From positions 64,001-128,000 of IMG/VR virus record IMGVR_UViG_3300046534_001374: a stretch of 64,000 bases of DNA. One strand, given 5' to 3'. Below, piece by piece: positions 29,475-39,776 of the stretch (positions are counted from its first letter, which is position 1; every line of letters begins with the position of its first letter). The notes below the pieces were generated by a model. The model had not been told where the DNA came from, did no database searches, and was given only the letters and a program-made list of their open reading frames with translations. Source of the DNA: a virus. Made by a program: the position numbers and the translations under genes.

Positions 29475-32126
29475 ATGTATAGACACGTTTATTACGACAA
29501 GAAAAGTTCCCAGATCCATGAAAACACATGGGATACCGAGGGAGAGAGAATTACAAAGGTTACCGATTTTAAACCTTTCCTGTTCACAGAGACAGACAAG
29601 AAAACCAAATACAAATCCATTTTTGGAACGTATCTAGAACCGCATCTATTTGATAATGATAGTAAGCGTTACTGGTTTGTTGAGAATAAGGATGAGAAGA
29701 TTTTCTACAATCTTCCACCAGAGCAGCAATACCTAATTGCAAACTATCGAAAGGTTCCGCAGGAGGAATTTTCGGTAAATCCAATCAGAACTTTCTTTCT
29801 GGATATTGAAGCACCAGCCAAATCTGAATTTCCTGCACCGAAAGATGCCAAGTATGAAATCGATCTTATGTCCATCTATGATTCCCTGACAGGGAAGTAT
29901 TATATGTGGGGTAAGAAAGCTTGGGATAGAAGTGGAGTTGAAGAGACCCTAGATAAACTCAACAAGGAAAAGGGTGAGGAAGGAAAACTACTCCCTATTT
30001 CTATTGATGATATTGTGTATTATGAGATAGAAGATGAGAAGGAACGACTTACCCATATGCTCAATTTTTGGGTTAAGAATTATCCCGATATTTACACAGG
30101 CTGGAACTGTAATGGTTTCGATACAGTCTATATCATTAATAGATTGAAGCTTGTATTGGGTGGAAAACACTACCAGAAGCTTTCACCTTACGGTAAGGTT
30201 ACAGCCAAAGAAGGTTTCGATAAATTCGGAAACCCCGAAATTCGTTATAATATCCACGGCATTAACGTTATGGATTATATGGATGTGTTTTCTACTTTCA
30301 CCTTTAAGGCTGAGAGAGAAAGTTGGTCTCTGGATGCAGTTGCTAGCGATATCCTAGAATGCGGTAAGGTCGATGCTGGGATGTCTCTCTACGATCTATC
30401 CATAAAAGATTGGCCCAAATACAGCCTCTATAACTTGGTTGACGTAGCTCTTCTAGTTTCTATGGATGCCGAGTTGGAATTCCTTGAAACGTCTCGCCAG
30501 ACGGCATATGAGGGGTTCTCCAACTATGTCGAGAGCTTGGGTAAGATCAAGGTTATTAATGGATCTATTGCGGCAAGTGCTGTTAACAAAGGTGTGTTTG
30601 TTCCTTCGGCTAAAAGATCGCAACCAGTATCCTTTGAGGGTGGGTTTGTTAAAGAACCAACTGTGGGGCTGACAACAAATCTATTTTCTTACGATATCAC
30701 ATCACTATATCCAACGAATATGATTTCATTGAACACTTCATTGGAAACCAAAGTTGGATCTGTCCAAGGTCAAGACGGCGAGTTTATCATTTACACCGAC
30801 TACGGAACTTCCTGTAAAGTCAGGGAAGATCGATTCCTAGATGAGATGAGAGAAAAGGGCTATTGTGTTTCAAAAGCTGATGTTATTTTTGACTTGAACA
30901 AATCAGGTATTGTTATCGAATTTATTCAAAAGCAGTTTGATAACAAAAGCCTGTATACGAAAAAAGCCGACCAATGTCTCTCAAAAGATGATTTTGAGGG
31001 TGCTAAATACTGGCAGAGAAAAGCGAAGATCACCAAGATTTTTCTTAATAGTTGTTATGGGATGATTTCAGCAGCAGCTTCACCTCTTTATGATTTGGAT
31101 ATTGCCCGTTCAATTACTTTAACTGGACAAGGTGTTACTAAGAATGCGATTGATGAGATACAAAAGTTGTTTAAAAAAAGTTATGGTTGTGAAGAAGATC
31201 CGGTTGTGGGCGGGGACACGGATAGTGTTATGGTTACGTTCGATTCCGTAGTTAAACACTACGGTAAAGAATTCTTTGAAAATGAAGCACTAACCCCTTT
31301 CGGTAAAATCTATTCTGATAAGATTGGTGATTTTCTTAATAAGATCACTAATGATTGGGCTAGAGATACGATGGCTTGCACCAAACCTACGTATAACTTT
31401 GGTAGGGAAAAAGCAGCACCAACCGCTTTGTTCTTTGCTAAAAAGCAATATGCATACTACGTCCTAGATAACGAAGGCTTTCCTCTCCCCGAAAAGAAGA
31501 GGATGAAATACACTGGGTTGAAGGTTATCAAATCCGAATATTCGCCTATGGTGAAGGGTTTGTTCAACGAGCTGTATTTTGAAACTCTCGCCAAATATCT
31601 GGAGATGGGTCATAAGTTTAATAGGATTCATTTATGTAAAATTTTAGCGAAACATAAGGAGCAGTTTTTCAAGGCAAGTTTTTCAGACGTGTCTAAAAGA
31701 CAGAGAGCAAACAACCTGTCCCTATACGAGAATGGTGGTTCTAGAGTTAATAAAGAAGGATCGACTGTTATTACCGAAGGTTTTAGAGAACGTTATGTCG
31801 CAGGGAGTCGTTGTCCTGCCCAAGTCAAGTCTTGTGTATTTCATAATAGGATCGTCGAAGACTTGGGACTAAAAGGGAAGTATCAATTACATCAAGGAGG
31901 TGTTAAAGCTCTGTGGTGTTATATTAAACCTAATGAATATGGTATCGAGTCTATCGCGGGCAGTAATCAGAAACTACCTGAAGAGTTTGGTTTGGAGATA
32001 GATTACGAAAAGCAATGGGAAAAAATGTATCTAACCGTGGCCAAACAATTGTTCGATACGGTTGGTTGGATCTTCCCCAATCTGAAGCATGATGAAGAAG
32101 TCGATTTCGAAGAGCTTTTTGGATAA
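29475..32126 (+). CDS. Family B DNA polymerase (gp43)
   Basis: Exonuclease DIE and GWN..FD motifs; polymerase DITSLYP, KIFLNSCYG and GDTDS motifs. Confidence 0.97.
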   Translation: MYRHVYYDKKSSQIHENTWDTEGERITKVTDFKPFLFTETDKKTKYKSIFGTYLEPHLFDNDSKRYWFVENKDEKIFYNLPPEQQYLIANYRKVPQEEFSVNPIRTFFLDIEAPAKSEFPAPKDAKYEIDLMSIYDSLTGKYYMWGKKAWDRSGVEETLDKLNKEKGEEGKLLPISIDDIVYYEIEDEKERLTHMLNFWVKNYPDIYTGWNCNGFDTVYIINRLKLVLGGKHYQKLSPYGKVTAKEGFDKFGNPEIRYNIHGINVMDYMDVFSTFTFKAERESWSLDAVASDILECGKVDAGMSLYDLSIKDWPKYSLYNLVDVALLVSMDAELEFLETSRQTAYEGFSNYVESLGKIKVINGSIAASAVNKGVFVPSAKRSQPVSFEGGFVKEPTVGLTTNLFSYDITSLYPTNMISLNTSLETKVGSVQGQDGEFIIYTDYGTSCKVREDRFLDEMREKGYCVSKADVIFDLNKSGIVIEFIQKQFDNKSLYTKKADQCLSKDDFEGAKYWQRKAKITKIFLNSCYGMISAAASPLYDLDIARSITLTGQGVTKNAIDEIQKLFKKSYGCEEDPVVGGDTDSVMVTFDSVVKHYGKEFFENEALTPFGKIYSDKIGDFLNKITNDWARDTMACTKPTYNFGREKAAPTALFFAKKQYAYYVLDNEGFPLPEKKRMKYTGLKVIKSEYSPMVKGLFNELYFETLAKYLEMGHKFNRIHLCKILAKHKEQFFKASFSDVSKRQRANNLSLYENGGSRVNKEGSTVITEGFRERYVAGSRCPAQVKSCVFHNRIVEDLGLKGKYQLHQGGVKALWCYIKPNEYGIESIAGSNQKLPEEFGLEIDYEKQWEKMYLTVAKQLFDTVGWIFPNLKHDEEVDFEELFG

Positions 32127-32134
32127 TTAATATT

Positions 32135-32413
32135 ATGGCTAACAAATTAAGACTTGAGCAAGAAGATGGCAGTGTTTATAGACTGACTAAAGTTGATGGA
32201 ACTATTTTCCAAATTGAGGTAGAAAAACCTGACGGAGAAAAGTTTATCCAAAAATATGATGTAACAAAAGAAAAGGGTTCGCAGCTAATCAAACCTAAAA
32301 AGAAAAAGGTTGTTAAAGAACTTGAACCTGCTATTGAAGAGGTTGTTAAAGAACCTACCAAAACTAAAAAGAAAAAGGTTGTTAAAGAAGAACCAAAAGC
32401 CACCGAAGAGTAA
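32135..32413 (+). CDS. Small Lys/Glu-rich protein
   Basis: Duplicated KKKKVVKE; TAATTA 5 nt upstream. Confidence 0.6.
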   Translation: MANKLRLEQEDGSVYRLTKVDGTIFQIEVEKPDGEKFIQKYDVTKEKGSQLIKPKKKKVVKELEPAIEEVVKEPTKTKKKKVVKEEPKATEE

Positions 32414-32431
32414 AACATTTTTTAAGCTTTC

Positions 32432-32475
32432 AAAATACCATAGGTTATTTCACCATAACTTATGGTATTTTTTTT
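32432..32475 (+). terminator. Intrinsic terminator
   Basis: AAAATACCATAGGTTAT / ATAACTTATGGTATTTT stem followed by a T-tract. Confidence 0.8.
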
Positions 32476-32485
32476 ATTTACTCAC

Positions 32486-32514
32486 TTGAAAAAGTTTTAA
32501 CAGTCTGTTATGAT
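32486..32514 (+). promoter_or_regulatory. Sigma70-type promoter
   Basis: TTGAAA-N17-TATGAT. Confidence 0.65.
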
Positions 32515-32523
32515 GAAACCGTA

Positions 32524-32868
32524 ATGGAAATTAACGTATTTGAAAAAGAAGGTGCTATCATCGTAGCACAAGTGATGTATAGTAATGAAGATGGCTGGGG
32601 TGTTAAGAATCCCAAATTGGTCCAAGCCTATCCCCATAGGAACGAACAAACCCAAAAAGCCGAACTCAATATTCAGTTGCTACCGCTTGTGTATGAAGCT
32701 CTACTCGAAGACCCAGCCCGAGGTTTCAGAGTGGCCTACAAAGTAGGCACATATCAAGATGTGACCAGTCAGTTTAGCAACAGCATCCCCGATCTATATT
32801 CTACATTAGAGGAATCTAAAGAGAAGAAGAATGAAGCTGATACCGAATCCCAAATTGTAACTAGCTAA
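32524..32868 (+). CDS. Hypothetical protein
   Basis: ORF upstream of uvsX. Confidence 0.65.
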   Translation: MEINVFEKEGAIIVAQVMYSNEDGWGVKNPKLVQAYPHRNEQTQKAELNIQLLPLVYEALLEDPARGFRVAYKVGTYQDVTSQFSNSIPDLYSTLEESKEKKNEADTESQIVTS

Positions 32869-32872
32869 AGTA

Positions 32873-33910
32873 ATGAACGAACTACTAAAAAAGCTCAAAA
32901 AGAGCAACACAATTGAAGGTGCGGATACAATCAAAAACTCTAAGTTTTTTGTTGAGGAGTTCTATACGACAGGGGTTCCAGCTTTGGATATTGCTCTATC
33001 GGCTAGAGTAAAAGGTGGTGGATTCTCAAGAGGATCTTTGGTTATTGCGGGTAACTCCAAGACATTCAAAACATTGTTTATGCTAATCTTGGCCAAAGAA
33101 TATATGGATTCTTGTCCCGAATCCATCTTCATCTTTTTTGATGCAGAGTATGGTTGTAGTAGCGATACAATGGAGTCTGTGGGGATTGATACTTCGAGAG
33201 TATATCACAAGCCTATTATGTCCATCGAAGACCTTAAATTGGATATAGCAAAAACCCTTAAAGATCTTACCGAAGAAGATAAAGTATTCATCGGAATTGA
33301 TTCTTTAGGTCAGATTGCATCCAAAAAAGAAATGACTGATGCGGAAGACGGAAATGTTAAAGTGGATATGACCAGAGCAAAAGAGATTGGCTCTTTCTGG
33401 AGAATTATTAACCCGCACCTAAACGTTAAGAAAATCCCTCTAGTTGCTATCGCCAAAACTTATGAGACTCAGGAGTTGTATTCTAAGACCGTTATCGCAG
33501 GAGGTAAAGGTATGGAGCTTACACCGAACAACATTTGGGTAATCGGAAAGCAACAAGAAAAAGACGGAAAAGAATTCGTCGGGAGTAACTTCATAGTTAA
33601 CGTTCACAAAAGTCGCCTAACTAAAGAGAAATCAAAGTTTCCAATCAAAGTTACCTTTGAAGGTGGTCTGGATAAATATTCTTCGCTATTAGACATTGCA
33701 AGGGCAACTGGTCATGTTACTGTCCCGACACAGGGTTGGTATTCCAAAGATGGCGGTGAGACTAAACTAAGGAATAAGGATACCAATACTGCTGAATTCT
33801 GGGGTTCTATCATCGACGATGTAACATTCCAAAAAGCAGTCAAAGATCGTTATTCTTTGGGCAGTCTTAAAGGAGAACCTGTAGAGATTGAAGTAGAACA
33901 AGATGTGTAG
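32873..33910 (+). CDS. uvsX: UvsX RecA-like recombinase
   Basis: TG...LDIALS, GNSKTFKT, FDAE, IDSLG, DMTRAK and KSRL.KE motifs. Confidence 0.95.
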   Translation: MNELLKKLKKSNTIEGADTIKNSKFFVEEFYTTGVPALDIALSARVKGGGFSRGSLVIAGNSKTFKTLFMLILAKEYMDSCPESIFIFFDAEYGCSSDTMESVGIDTSRVYHKPIMSIEDLKLDIAKTLKDLTEEDKVFIGIDSLGQIASKKEMTDAEDGNVKVDMTRAKEIGSFWRIINPHLNVKKIPLVAIAKTYETQELYSKTVIAGGKGMELTPNNIWVIGKQQEKDGKEFVGSNFIVNVHKSRLTKEKSKFPIKVTFEGGLDKYSSLLDIARATGHVTVPTQGWYSKDGGETKLRNKDTNTAEFWGSIIDDVTFQKAVKDRYSLGSLKGEPVEIEVEQDV

Positions 33911-34163
33911 TAAAGATGACAAATCTCTGGGGATTGATGTAGAAAATATTCAATCCCCAGAATCAAAACGTATGGAAGAACTTTCAGAGAAGCAAGAAGC
34001 TTTCCGAATAAAGTTTGAAAAGGCTAGGACCGATGGCGTGTTCCTTGATAGGGAATGTGATGAAGCAAAACCCAATACTGTCATAGATAGATTTGAAGAA
34101 GAGTGTCGTAAAAAGATAGAAATACTAGAAGAATATGAAAGACAGAAAAGAGAAAGAAATTAA
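33903..34163 (+). CDS. Hypothetical protein
   Basis: Operonic ORF. Confidence 0.55.
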   Translation: MCSKDDKSLGIDVENIQSPESKRMEELSEKQEAFRIKFEKARTDGVFLDRECDEAKPNTVIDRFEEECRKKIEILEEYERQKRERN

Positions 34164-35058
34164 CAAAATGTTTGAACAGGTGTGTTTGGAATCGGGGGTG
34201 GTTGAGAAAGCACTGAAACCTGCTATTAAAATTACAGGAGGTCTGTTTCCGGTTCCGTTATCGGAGATATTAGGCATGGAGAGTTTTGAGTTTAAAATAT
34301 CGGAAAGTGATTACGAAGCTGATGTAAAACTAAAAGATATCATCAAAGATAATATGGTAAAAATGGAATTAACAGGGGGCGATTTTTTACCATACAACAT
34401 ATGCATACAGCCTGACACAATGATTGAAATGGGAGACCCAAATTCCGAGGAAACTGATGAATTAGGATTTTTCACGCACACACTTTCTACCAACATGAAC
34501 GTTGTTATTCGTGGTTGTAAATTAGCTAAGGGCTGGCGTGTTGACAATACGGAAGATGATTACACTATGCTACTTGTCAACACAGGCGAAAAACGAAGCG
34601 TTGAAAACTACTATAATGAGTATAACTGCCAAAAAAAGAACCACATAGAATCTATAGAAAATGTAAGATTTTTGGGTAAAGTTAAAAACTGGTTTGTTAA
34701 AACCTTTAGGAAAAATGTATGGACAAAAAAATTACATTTTCCCAAACCATATACACCACATATGGTAATATTGGATAGCATCAAAATGGATATTCATGAA
34801 GTGGAGGCAACCCTAGGCACTTTGGTTCTGAGGAAAAATACGAATGAAAACTCGGTTCATATTAATATGATTATGAATAATCCCGAAAAAAATAAAGCTA
34901 TAGAAACCGATGTCTTAGATGGTGTTTTTAATGAAGTCAACAAAGAGACGGATAGGCGTATTGCAGATGCGACCCAATTAATTGTTAATGCAAGAAAACG
35001 TCGGAATATTATCCATAATAGCTCCGAACATTTATATCAAAACTTAGTTGTATCGTAA
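34135..35058 (+). CDS. Hypothetical protein
   Basis: 307 aa ORF. Confidence 0.7.
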   Translation: MKDRKEKEINKMFEQVCLESGVVEKALKPAIKITGGLFPVPLSEILGMESFEFKISESDYEADVKLKDIIKDNMVKMELTGGDFLPYNICIQPDTMIEMGDPNSEETDELGFFTHTLSTNMNVVIRGCKLAKGWRVDNTEDDYTMLLVNTGEKRSVENYYNEYNCQKKNHIESIENVRFLGKVKNWFVKTFRKNVWTKKLHFPKPYTPHMVILDSIKMDIHEVEATLGTLVLRKNTNENSVHINMIMNNPEKNKAIETDVLDGVFNEVNKETDRRIADATQLIVNARKRRNIIHNSSEHLYQNLVVS

Positions 35059-35082
35059 AAACAGAGGGGTATAATCATATTA

Positions 35083-36456
35083 ATGGAAGAGCTTAATTTA
35101 GGATACATAGAAAAGGCATTAGCATATTCGTCGATTTTCGGTAAGGACCGTGAGATTTTCTGTCCTGCTATTATCGAATTCGTCTCCAAAAAAACAATCA
35201 TTGATGAGAATAACTTTCTTGCACTAAACATAGCAAAGGAGTTTTTTCTAAAACATAACCAAGTTCCAAGTCCTGCGGAGATTAAACAATATCTCAAAAC
35301 GGAGGAGCAAAGGGATAGTTTCAGAGTTTTCTTGAAAGGGTATAAATCTTTTCAGAAGTCAAAATTTGATACAAAGATTTTATTAAATTCTGCTGAAGAG
35401 TTTTTCAGGCAGAGAATTATTCAAGGATTAATTGATGATGGATTCGCTAAAGGTATGGCGGGTGAACCTCTTGATATTGGAGAGGTTTACGGAGAGATGG
35501 AAAAGGCCATGTCAATCTATATGGTTGACGATCTTGGTCTACGATTGTTTGAGAAGACTGGTCGAGAAGACTACATTAGAGAGCTTAACGACGAAACTAA
35601 CCGCCTTCCAACAGGCTTTGCTTGGTTGGATCAGCAAATTGGAGGTGGGCTACTGGCAAAGGGTTCTGCGATGTATAACATTTGTGCTGCATCTAATATC
35701 GGTAAGTCCAACTTCATCAAGTCTCTTGCTTGCAACCTTTCAAAACAAGGTAAGAACTGCTTGGTTGTATCATTGGAGATGCCTCGTTATATTTACGCCG
35801 ATAGATTCGTAGCCGAATTGGCAGATGTGGCAATCTTTAATCTTAAAAGTGAATCTGAAAAGATTGGGCAGTTTCTAACTTCTGCTACCGATAAGGGTTA
35901 CGGGGATATTCTGATCAAAGACTTTGCAACTGGATCGCTAACACCCCAAGGATTGTCGGCATTCATCAAACGGGCCGAAAATCATTTAGGGATTAAGTTT
36001 GACTGTGTTTTTGTTGATTACCCTGAACTACTCAAACCAAGTAAGACATATACACAACACCATTTGTTGGTATCAAGCCTGTATGTTGAGACCCGAGCAC
36101 TATCATTCAACCACGGAATTCCCTTCGTTGTCGTATCACAGCTTAACAGAGCCGGATACGACACCGAAAAACCTAGCATGTCTAATCTAGGTAGCTCAAT
36201 TGGTATCGCCACTTGTTCCGATTTCTGTGGTTTCCTCTACGCAACTGATGACATGAAGGAGATTAACCAGTTTGGTTTCATTGTAGGTAAGAGCAGATTC
36301 GGTCCTGTAAATAAAGTTCACAGATTTAACACTGACCCCTTGACTTTAAAAATTTCCGAGTCTAGAATGCAGGAAGGAGATAGCATGTCTATCGAGCCTT
36401 TAGAGGATGAAACCGAAGAGGCGGAAGATTTCTTCGAGGATCTAATGAAAGACTAA
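35083..36456 (+). CDS. Replicative DnaB-like helicase (gp41)
   Basis: PTGF..LD, ASNIGKS, SLEM, VDY, SQLNR and KSRFG motifs. Confidence 0.95.
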   Translation: MEELNLGYIEKALAYSSIFGKDREIFCPAIIEFVSKKTIIDENNFLALNIAKEFFLKHNQVPSPAEIKQYLKTEEQRDSFRVFLKGYKSFQKSKFDTKILLNSAEEFFRQRIIQGLIDDGFAKGMAGEPLDIGEVYGEMEKAMSIYMVDDLGLRLFEKTGREDYIRELNDETNRLPTGFAWLDQQIGGGLLAKGSAMYNICAASNIGKSNFIKSLACNLSKQGKNCLVVSLEMPRYIYADRFVAELADVAIFNLKSESEKIGQFLTSATDKGYGDILIKDFATGSLTPQGLSAFIKRAENHLGIKFDCVFVDYPELLKPSKTYTQHHLLVSSLYVETRALSFNHGIPFVVVSQLNRAGYDTEKPSMSNLGSSIGIATCSDFCGFLYATDDMKEINQFGFIVGKSRFGPVNKVHRFNTDPLTLKISESRMQEGDSMSIEPLEDETEEAEDFFEDLMKD

Positions 36457-36489
36457 TATGACTAATATGACTAATATGACTAATATGAC
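36451..36489 (+). repeat. 9-bp tandem repeat (GACTAATAT)x4
   Basis: Spans the helicase stop and the next start; encodes MTN-MTN-MTN-MT. Confidence 0.9.
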
Positions 36490-37132
36490 AAAATTTTTTA
36501 ACCAAGGAAAAATTAGAGGCGGTAAGATGGACCACTATTATACCGATAACTTTAAGTTTGGTAAATTACCTGTAGACCTCGCAGGGCAATCACAAGAGGT
36601 TTTTCACAATCTAGTTGATGCAGAAATTGTCAAGAAAATGGTAGATGTAGTGGAAAGAGATAGAATCGACGCAACAATTTTATCACTACATAATGCAGAA
36701 TTATTAAACGAAAAAGATATGAACCAATACGAAAAACAGACAAAAACGATAGAACTCAATAAAGAGGATTTTGATAAAAAGATTGAACTGTATACGGCTC
36801 TTCTTGAGGAAGAACTAGATGACCAGACCAAGTTTTTCACAGAGACTCTGGAAGATAAACCAGACTCAACAAATTTTACTTTAGGTAAAAAGTTCCAGTA
36901 TTTGGACAACGAGTTTATTATAATTTCTGTGACGCACACAAGCGAATACATCTACCCTAGCGAAGAATTTAAAACTAAGGTTGTTTCTGAGATTGGTTTA
37001 GATCAATATAATCTTCTACAAATAGGCCGAAACTACAGATACGAGTATGCCGTTATTGCTGAATATTTTTTCGGCGGATTCCGAACAAAGACATTTAGTT
37101 TTGATCTGTTAGATGCCTTGGGTATTTACTAG
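36458..37132 (+). CDS. Hypothetical protein
   Basis: 224 aa ORF. Confidence 0.65.
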   Translation: MTNMTNMTNMTKFFNQGKIRGGKMDHYYTDNFKFGKLPVDLAGQSQEVFHNLVDAEIVKKMVDVVERDRIDATILSLHNAELLNEKDMNQYEKQTKTIELNKEDFDKKIELYTALLEEELDDQTKFFTETLEDKPDSTNFTLGKKFQYLDNEFIIISVTHTSEYIYPSEEFKTKVVSEIGLDQYNLLQIGRNYRYEYAVIAEYFFGGFRTKTFSFDLLDALGIY

Positions 37133-37165
37133 TTGAAAAAATAAGTTATTCTAATAAATATCTGA

Positions 37166-37456
37166 ATGAACTTATTCGATCAACACGATTCCCTTAGAAA
37201 CTCACATGAAAAAATTTCTGATAGGGAGAACAACAAGAACTTCATTCACATGGTCACCCTTACGTCTCTTTTGAATAAAGTTTTCTATTCTCCCGTTTCG
37301 TTCTTGATTGAATATATTGAAAATGCTAATCTTCAATTGTTGATTGAACAACACACGGGGTATAATAGATATAATTTTATCATTCAATTCATTAGGAATT
37401 TTCCAAATGTGTCTAAATCTAGAAGACTAAAGAAAGTAGTAGACAACAACAAATAA
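37166..37456 (+). CDS. Hypothetical protein
   Basis: TAAATA 5 nt upstream of the ATG. Confidence 0.6.
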   Translation: MNLFDQHDSLRNSHEKISDRENNKNFIHMVTLTSLLNKVFYSPVSFLIEYIENANLQLLIEQHTGYNRYNFIIQFIRNFPNVSKSRRLKKVVDNNK

Positions 37457-37457
37457 T

Positions 37458-37748
37458 ATGAAAAAACAAACCCCCTTATTGACAATCGATGCGGTAGAAA
37501 TACCCGAGGCACATGGCCAATTTGCAAAGGCGATTGCAGCATTAGCAGACAACTATGGTATGGATAGTTTTACTATGACATACAGACCTAATTTTGAAAA
37601 TAGGCTAGGGTATGATGTTAGTGGTGATTTAAAGATTTATTATTCATCGGTTGACGGTAGAGGTAGACCCGAAAGAACTCTAAAAATAGAATGCGACACC
37701 AAAACAACATCATCGATTATCTCAGAAAGAGGTGTTTATAGCCAATAA
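37458..37748 (+). CDS. Hypothetical protein
   Basis: Operonic ORF. Confidence 0.6.
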   Translation: MKKQTPLLTIDAVEIPEAHGQFAKAIAALADNYGMDSFTMTYRPNFENRLGYDVSGDLKIYYSSVDGRGRPERTLKIECDTKTTSSIISERGVYSQ

Positions 37749-37755
37749 ACAAAAC

Positions 37756-38424
37756 ATGGATAACGTTTCAACGGAAGTAAAAGAGTTGTATAACTTACAT
37801 CTCCATACATCACGGACATTCAGAAGAAAGCCATTCAGGGCTAGGAAGAAGTTTGAGGACTTTGAAGAAGATCCAAGATATCCACACTACCTTTTTCTAA
37901 CGAAGTGGTTCAGGAAGCATTCTGACATCAACAGGCAGATGTTCTTCGAGGCTACTCTGTATTTCCACAAGGAAGAAGAGTTTATCCATATCAAAGAGTA
38001 TGCAACCAAGTCACAGGCACTAACAAACTACGTACAGTATTGTAAAATTATAGATGGTTTAGATCTTGACAATCCTAAGTCTTTAAGGTTCTGTATGGAG
38101 TCGTATAAGTTTATCAGGAAATTCTGCAAAGAGAAGGGGGTTAAACTATCGGAGTATTTAGAGTATCGCGAAGCGGGTTGCCAACCTCATTTCTGGATTC
38201 ATATAAAAGGACATAATATTTGTAGATATTCGTTGTTTCCATTTCCAGACTATGATACAAAATTGAAGAGGTTATACCGAGAGCAAGAGTTGTGGGGAAT
38301 GTATTTAGGTAGTGGAGATTTCTCACCCTTCTTTTTCAAACAAAGATATGATGCGTCAAAAAAGTATAAGAAACTATCAAAAGAAATCAAATTAAAAGTT
38401 GAAAACACACCACCCACAAGCTAG
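37756..38424 (+). CDS. Possible helicase loader (gp59-like)
   Basis: Basic, aromatic-rich ~220 aa protein just upstream of the SSB gene; inference mainly from position. Confidence 0.4.
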   Translation: MDNVSTEVKELYNLHLHTSRTFRRKPFRARKKFEDFEEDPRYPHYLFLTKWFRKHSDINRQMFFEATLYFHKEEEFIHIKEYATKSQALTNYVQYCKIIDGLDLDNPKSLRFCMESYKFIRKFCKEKGVKLSEYLEYREAGCQPHFWIHIKGHNICRYSLFPFPDYDTKLKRLYREQELWGMYLGSGDFSPFFFKQRYDASKKYKKLSKEIKLKVENTPPTS

Positions 38425-38427
38425 TAT
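38399..38427 (+). promoter_or_regulatory. Sigma70-type promoter (leaderless)
   Basis: TTGAAA-N17-TAGTAT with ATG 6 nt downstream. Confidence 0.65.
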
Positions 38428-38433
38428 AAAGAT

Positions 38434-38796
38434 ATGAACGAAGACACATACATCGAATCAGAATGGTTCCCAAACTCCACTGAAAATAGTGATGAAATTT
38501 CAGCTTATAAGACCTTTAATTTAATAATTAAAGGTCAGCAATTTGAACTAACTGAAGACGAGGTCGAAACCTTGATTCAAGAACTTCAAAATGCGGTATC
38601 GAGAAATAAACCCGAAGAAGAAAAGCCCGAAATTGACATCGAAACTTTATTCGAGCCGTTTATTAAAACGGCCAAAGAAGCTAGACATAACCAAGATAAA
38701 GCGAAAGATATCTGGCAGGACTTCCCTACCAATATTCCTGAATTTTGGTGTGGGGTAGGGACTAAAACAAAACAAAACAAAACAAAACAAAACTAA
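38434..38796 (+). CDS. Hypothetical protein
   Basis: ORF whose 3' end is an (AAAAC)6 repeat. Confidence 0.6.
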   Translation: MNEDTYIESEWFPNSTENSDEISAYKTFNLIIKGQQFELTEDEVETLIQELQNAVSRNKPEEEKPEIDIETLFEPFIKTAKEARHNQDKAKDIWQDFPTNIPEFWCGVGTKTKQNKTKQN

Positions 38797-38802
38797 ATTA
38801 AT
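38716..38802 (+). promoter_or_regulatory. Candidate SSB (gene 32) translational operator: pseudoknot/hairpin plus (AAAAC)6
   Basis: CAGGA (38716-20) pairs with TCCTG (38736-40) and TCCCTACC (38723-30) with GGTAGGGA (38754-61). An unstructured repeat at 38764-38793 follows, then the ATG at 38803. Confidence 0.5.
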
Positions 38803-39768
38803 ATGAAAAAAGACGAACTAGACGCATTATTTGCGGAAGCAGAAGCAAAAACCGACAAGATTGATGATCAATCGAAAAGTAAAAAATCTCGCGATGTGAG
38901 ATTACTTGACTGTAATAAACCCAAAACGGTTCTATTCAGAATGTTTATGGATACCAAAGGTAAGGTTCTGAACCTTCCCTACAATTTCAACTCTTTCAAG
39001 TCACCTATTGATGGTAAGAATGTTCCTCTCGGAATTTCTAGAACTCTCTGGGATGGTGAGCCGGATTATATCAAAAAGTTTCAGACTGAACTATGGGGCA
39101 ACGGGCAGAACGACCTAGCGAAACTCCTTTACCCAAAAGAGAGAAGTAGAGTTAATATTTTCTGTCTTAGTGATTCCTCAGACGAGGCAGCAGAAAAGAC
39201 TTTCAAGGTTTGGGAATACAGCAATAAACCGGTAGATGCCGAAAGACCAAGAACGGGTTCTCCCTTTAATAAGTTCCTTAAAGAAATCTTTGACGATCCC
39301 GAAAACGAGGTCACCAAACGTCAACTATTTTCACTAGATTTTTCTGGAGTTACTATTAAAATGGTTATCACCAAAGGGGACGATCCTTGGCCCGAGTTCA
39401 AATTCTCTATATATACAGGAAAGAAGGACGACTTCTTTAAGAAGATTACACCAGAAAAGGCAGGTATTCTTCAAAAAGAGAAGGGTTCCGATCTTCTGTC
39501 TATGTTGGAACAGCCCAAGATTGATGCAGAGCTGGATAAGATTCTTAAGACAAGGCTTCTCGGTGTTTCGGTAGGTGCCCAAACTTCAGCCAGAACAGAA
39601 GCTCCTGTAGGTTTCGATGATGACGAGGATGATGATGACATCCCGATGTCCCACGGCTCGTCGGAAGACACAGTGAGCGAATCGTCCGAAACTTCTTCGA
39701 AGGGTAATGAATCTGATGATGCAGAATTCGATAATCTGATGAAAGAATTCGATATGGAGGATGAATAA
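38803..39768 (+). CDS. Single-stranded DNA-binding protein (gp32-like)
   Basis: 321 aa with a long acidic tail (DDDEDDDD...EFDNLMKEFD); replication-cluster context. Confidence 0.8.
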   Translation: MKKDELDALFAEAEAKTDKIDDQSKSKKSRDVRLLDCNKPKTVLFRMFMDTKGKVLNLPYNFNSFKSPIDGKNVPLGISRTLWDGEPDYIKKFQTELWGNGQNDLAKLLYPKERSRVNIFCLSDSSDEAAEKTFKVWEYSNKPVDAERPRTGSPFNKFLKEIFDDPENEVTKRQLFSLDFSGVTIKMVITKGDDPWPEFKFSIYTGKKDDFFKKITPEKAGILQKEKGSDLLSMLEQPKIDAELDKILKTRLLGVSVGAQTSARTEAPVGFDDDEDDDDIPMSHGSSEDTVSESSETSSKGNESDDAEFDNLMKEFDMEDE

Positions 39769-39776
39769 TTAGGGCT

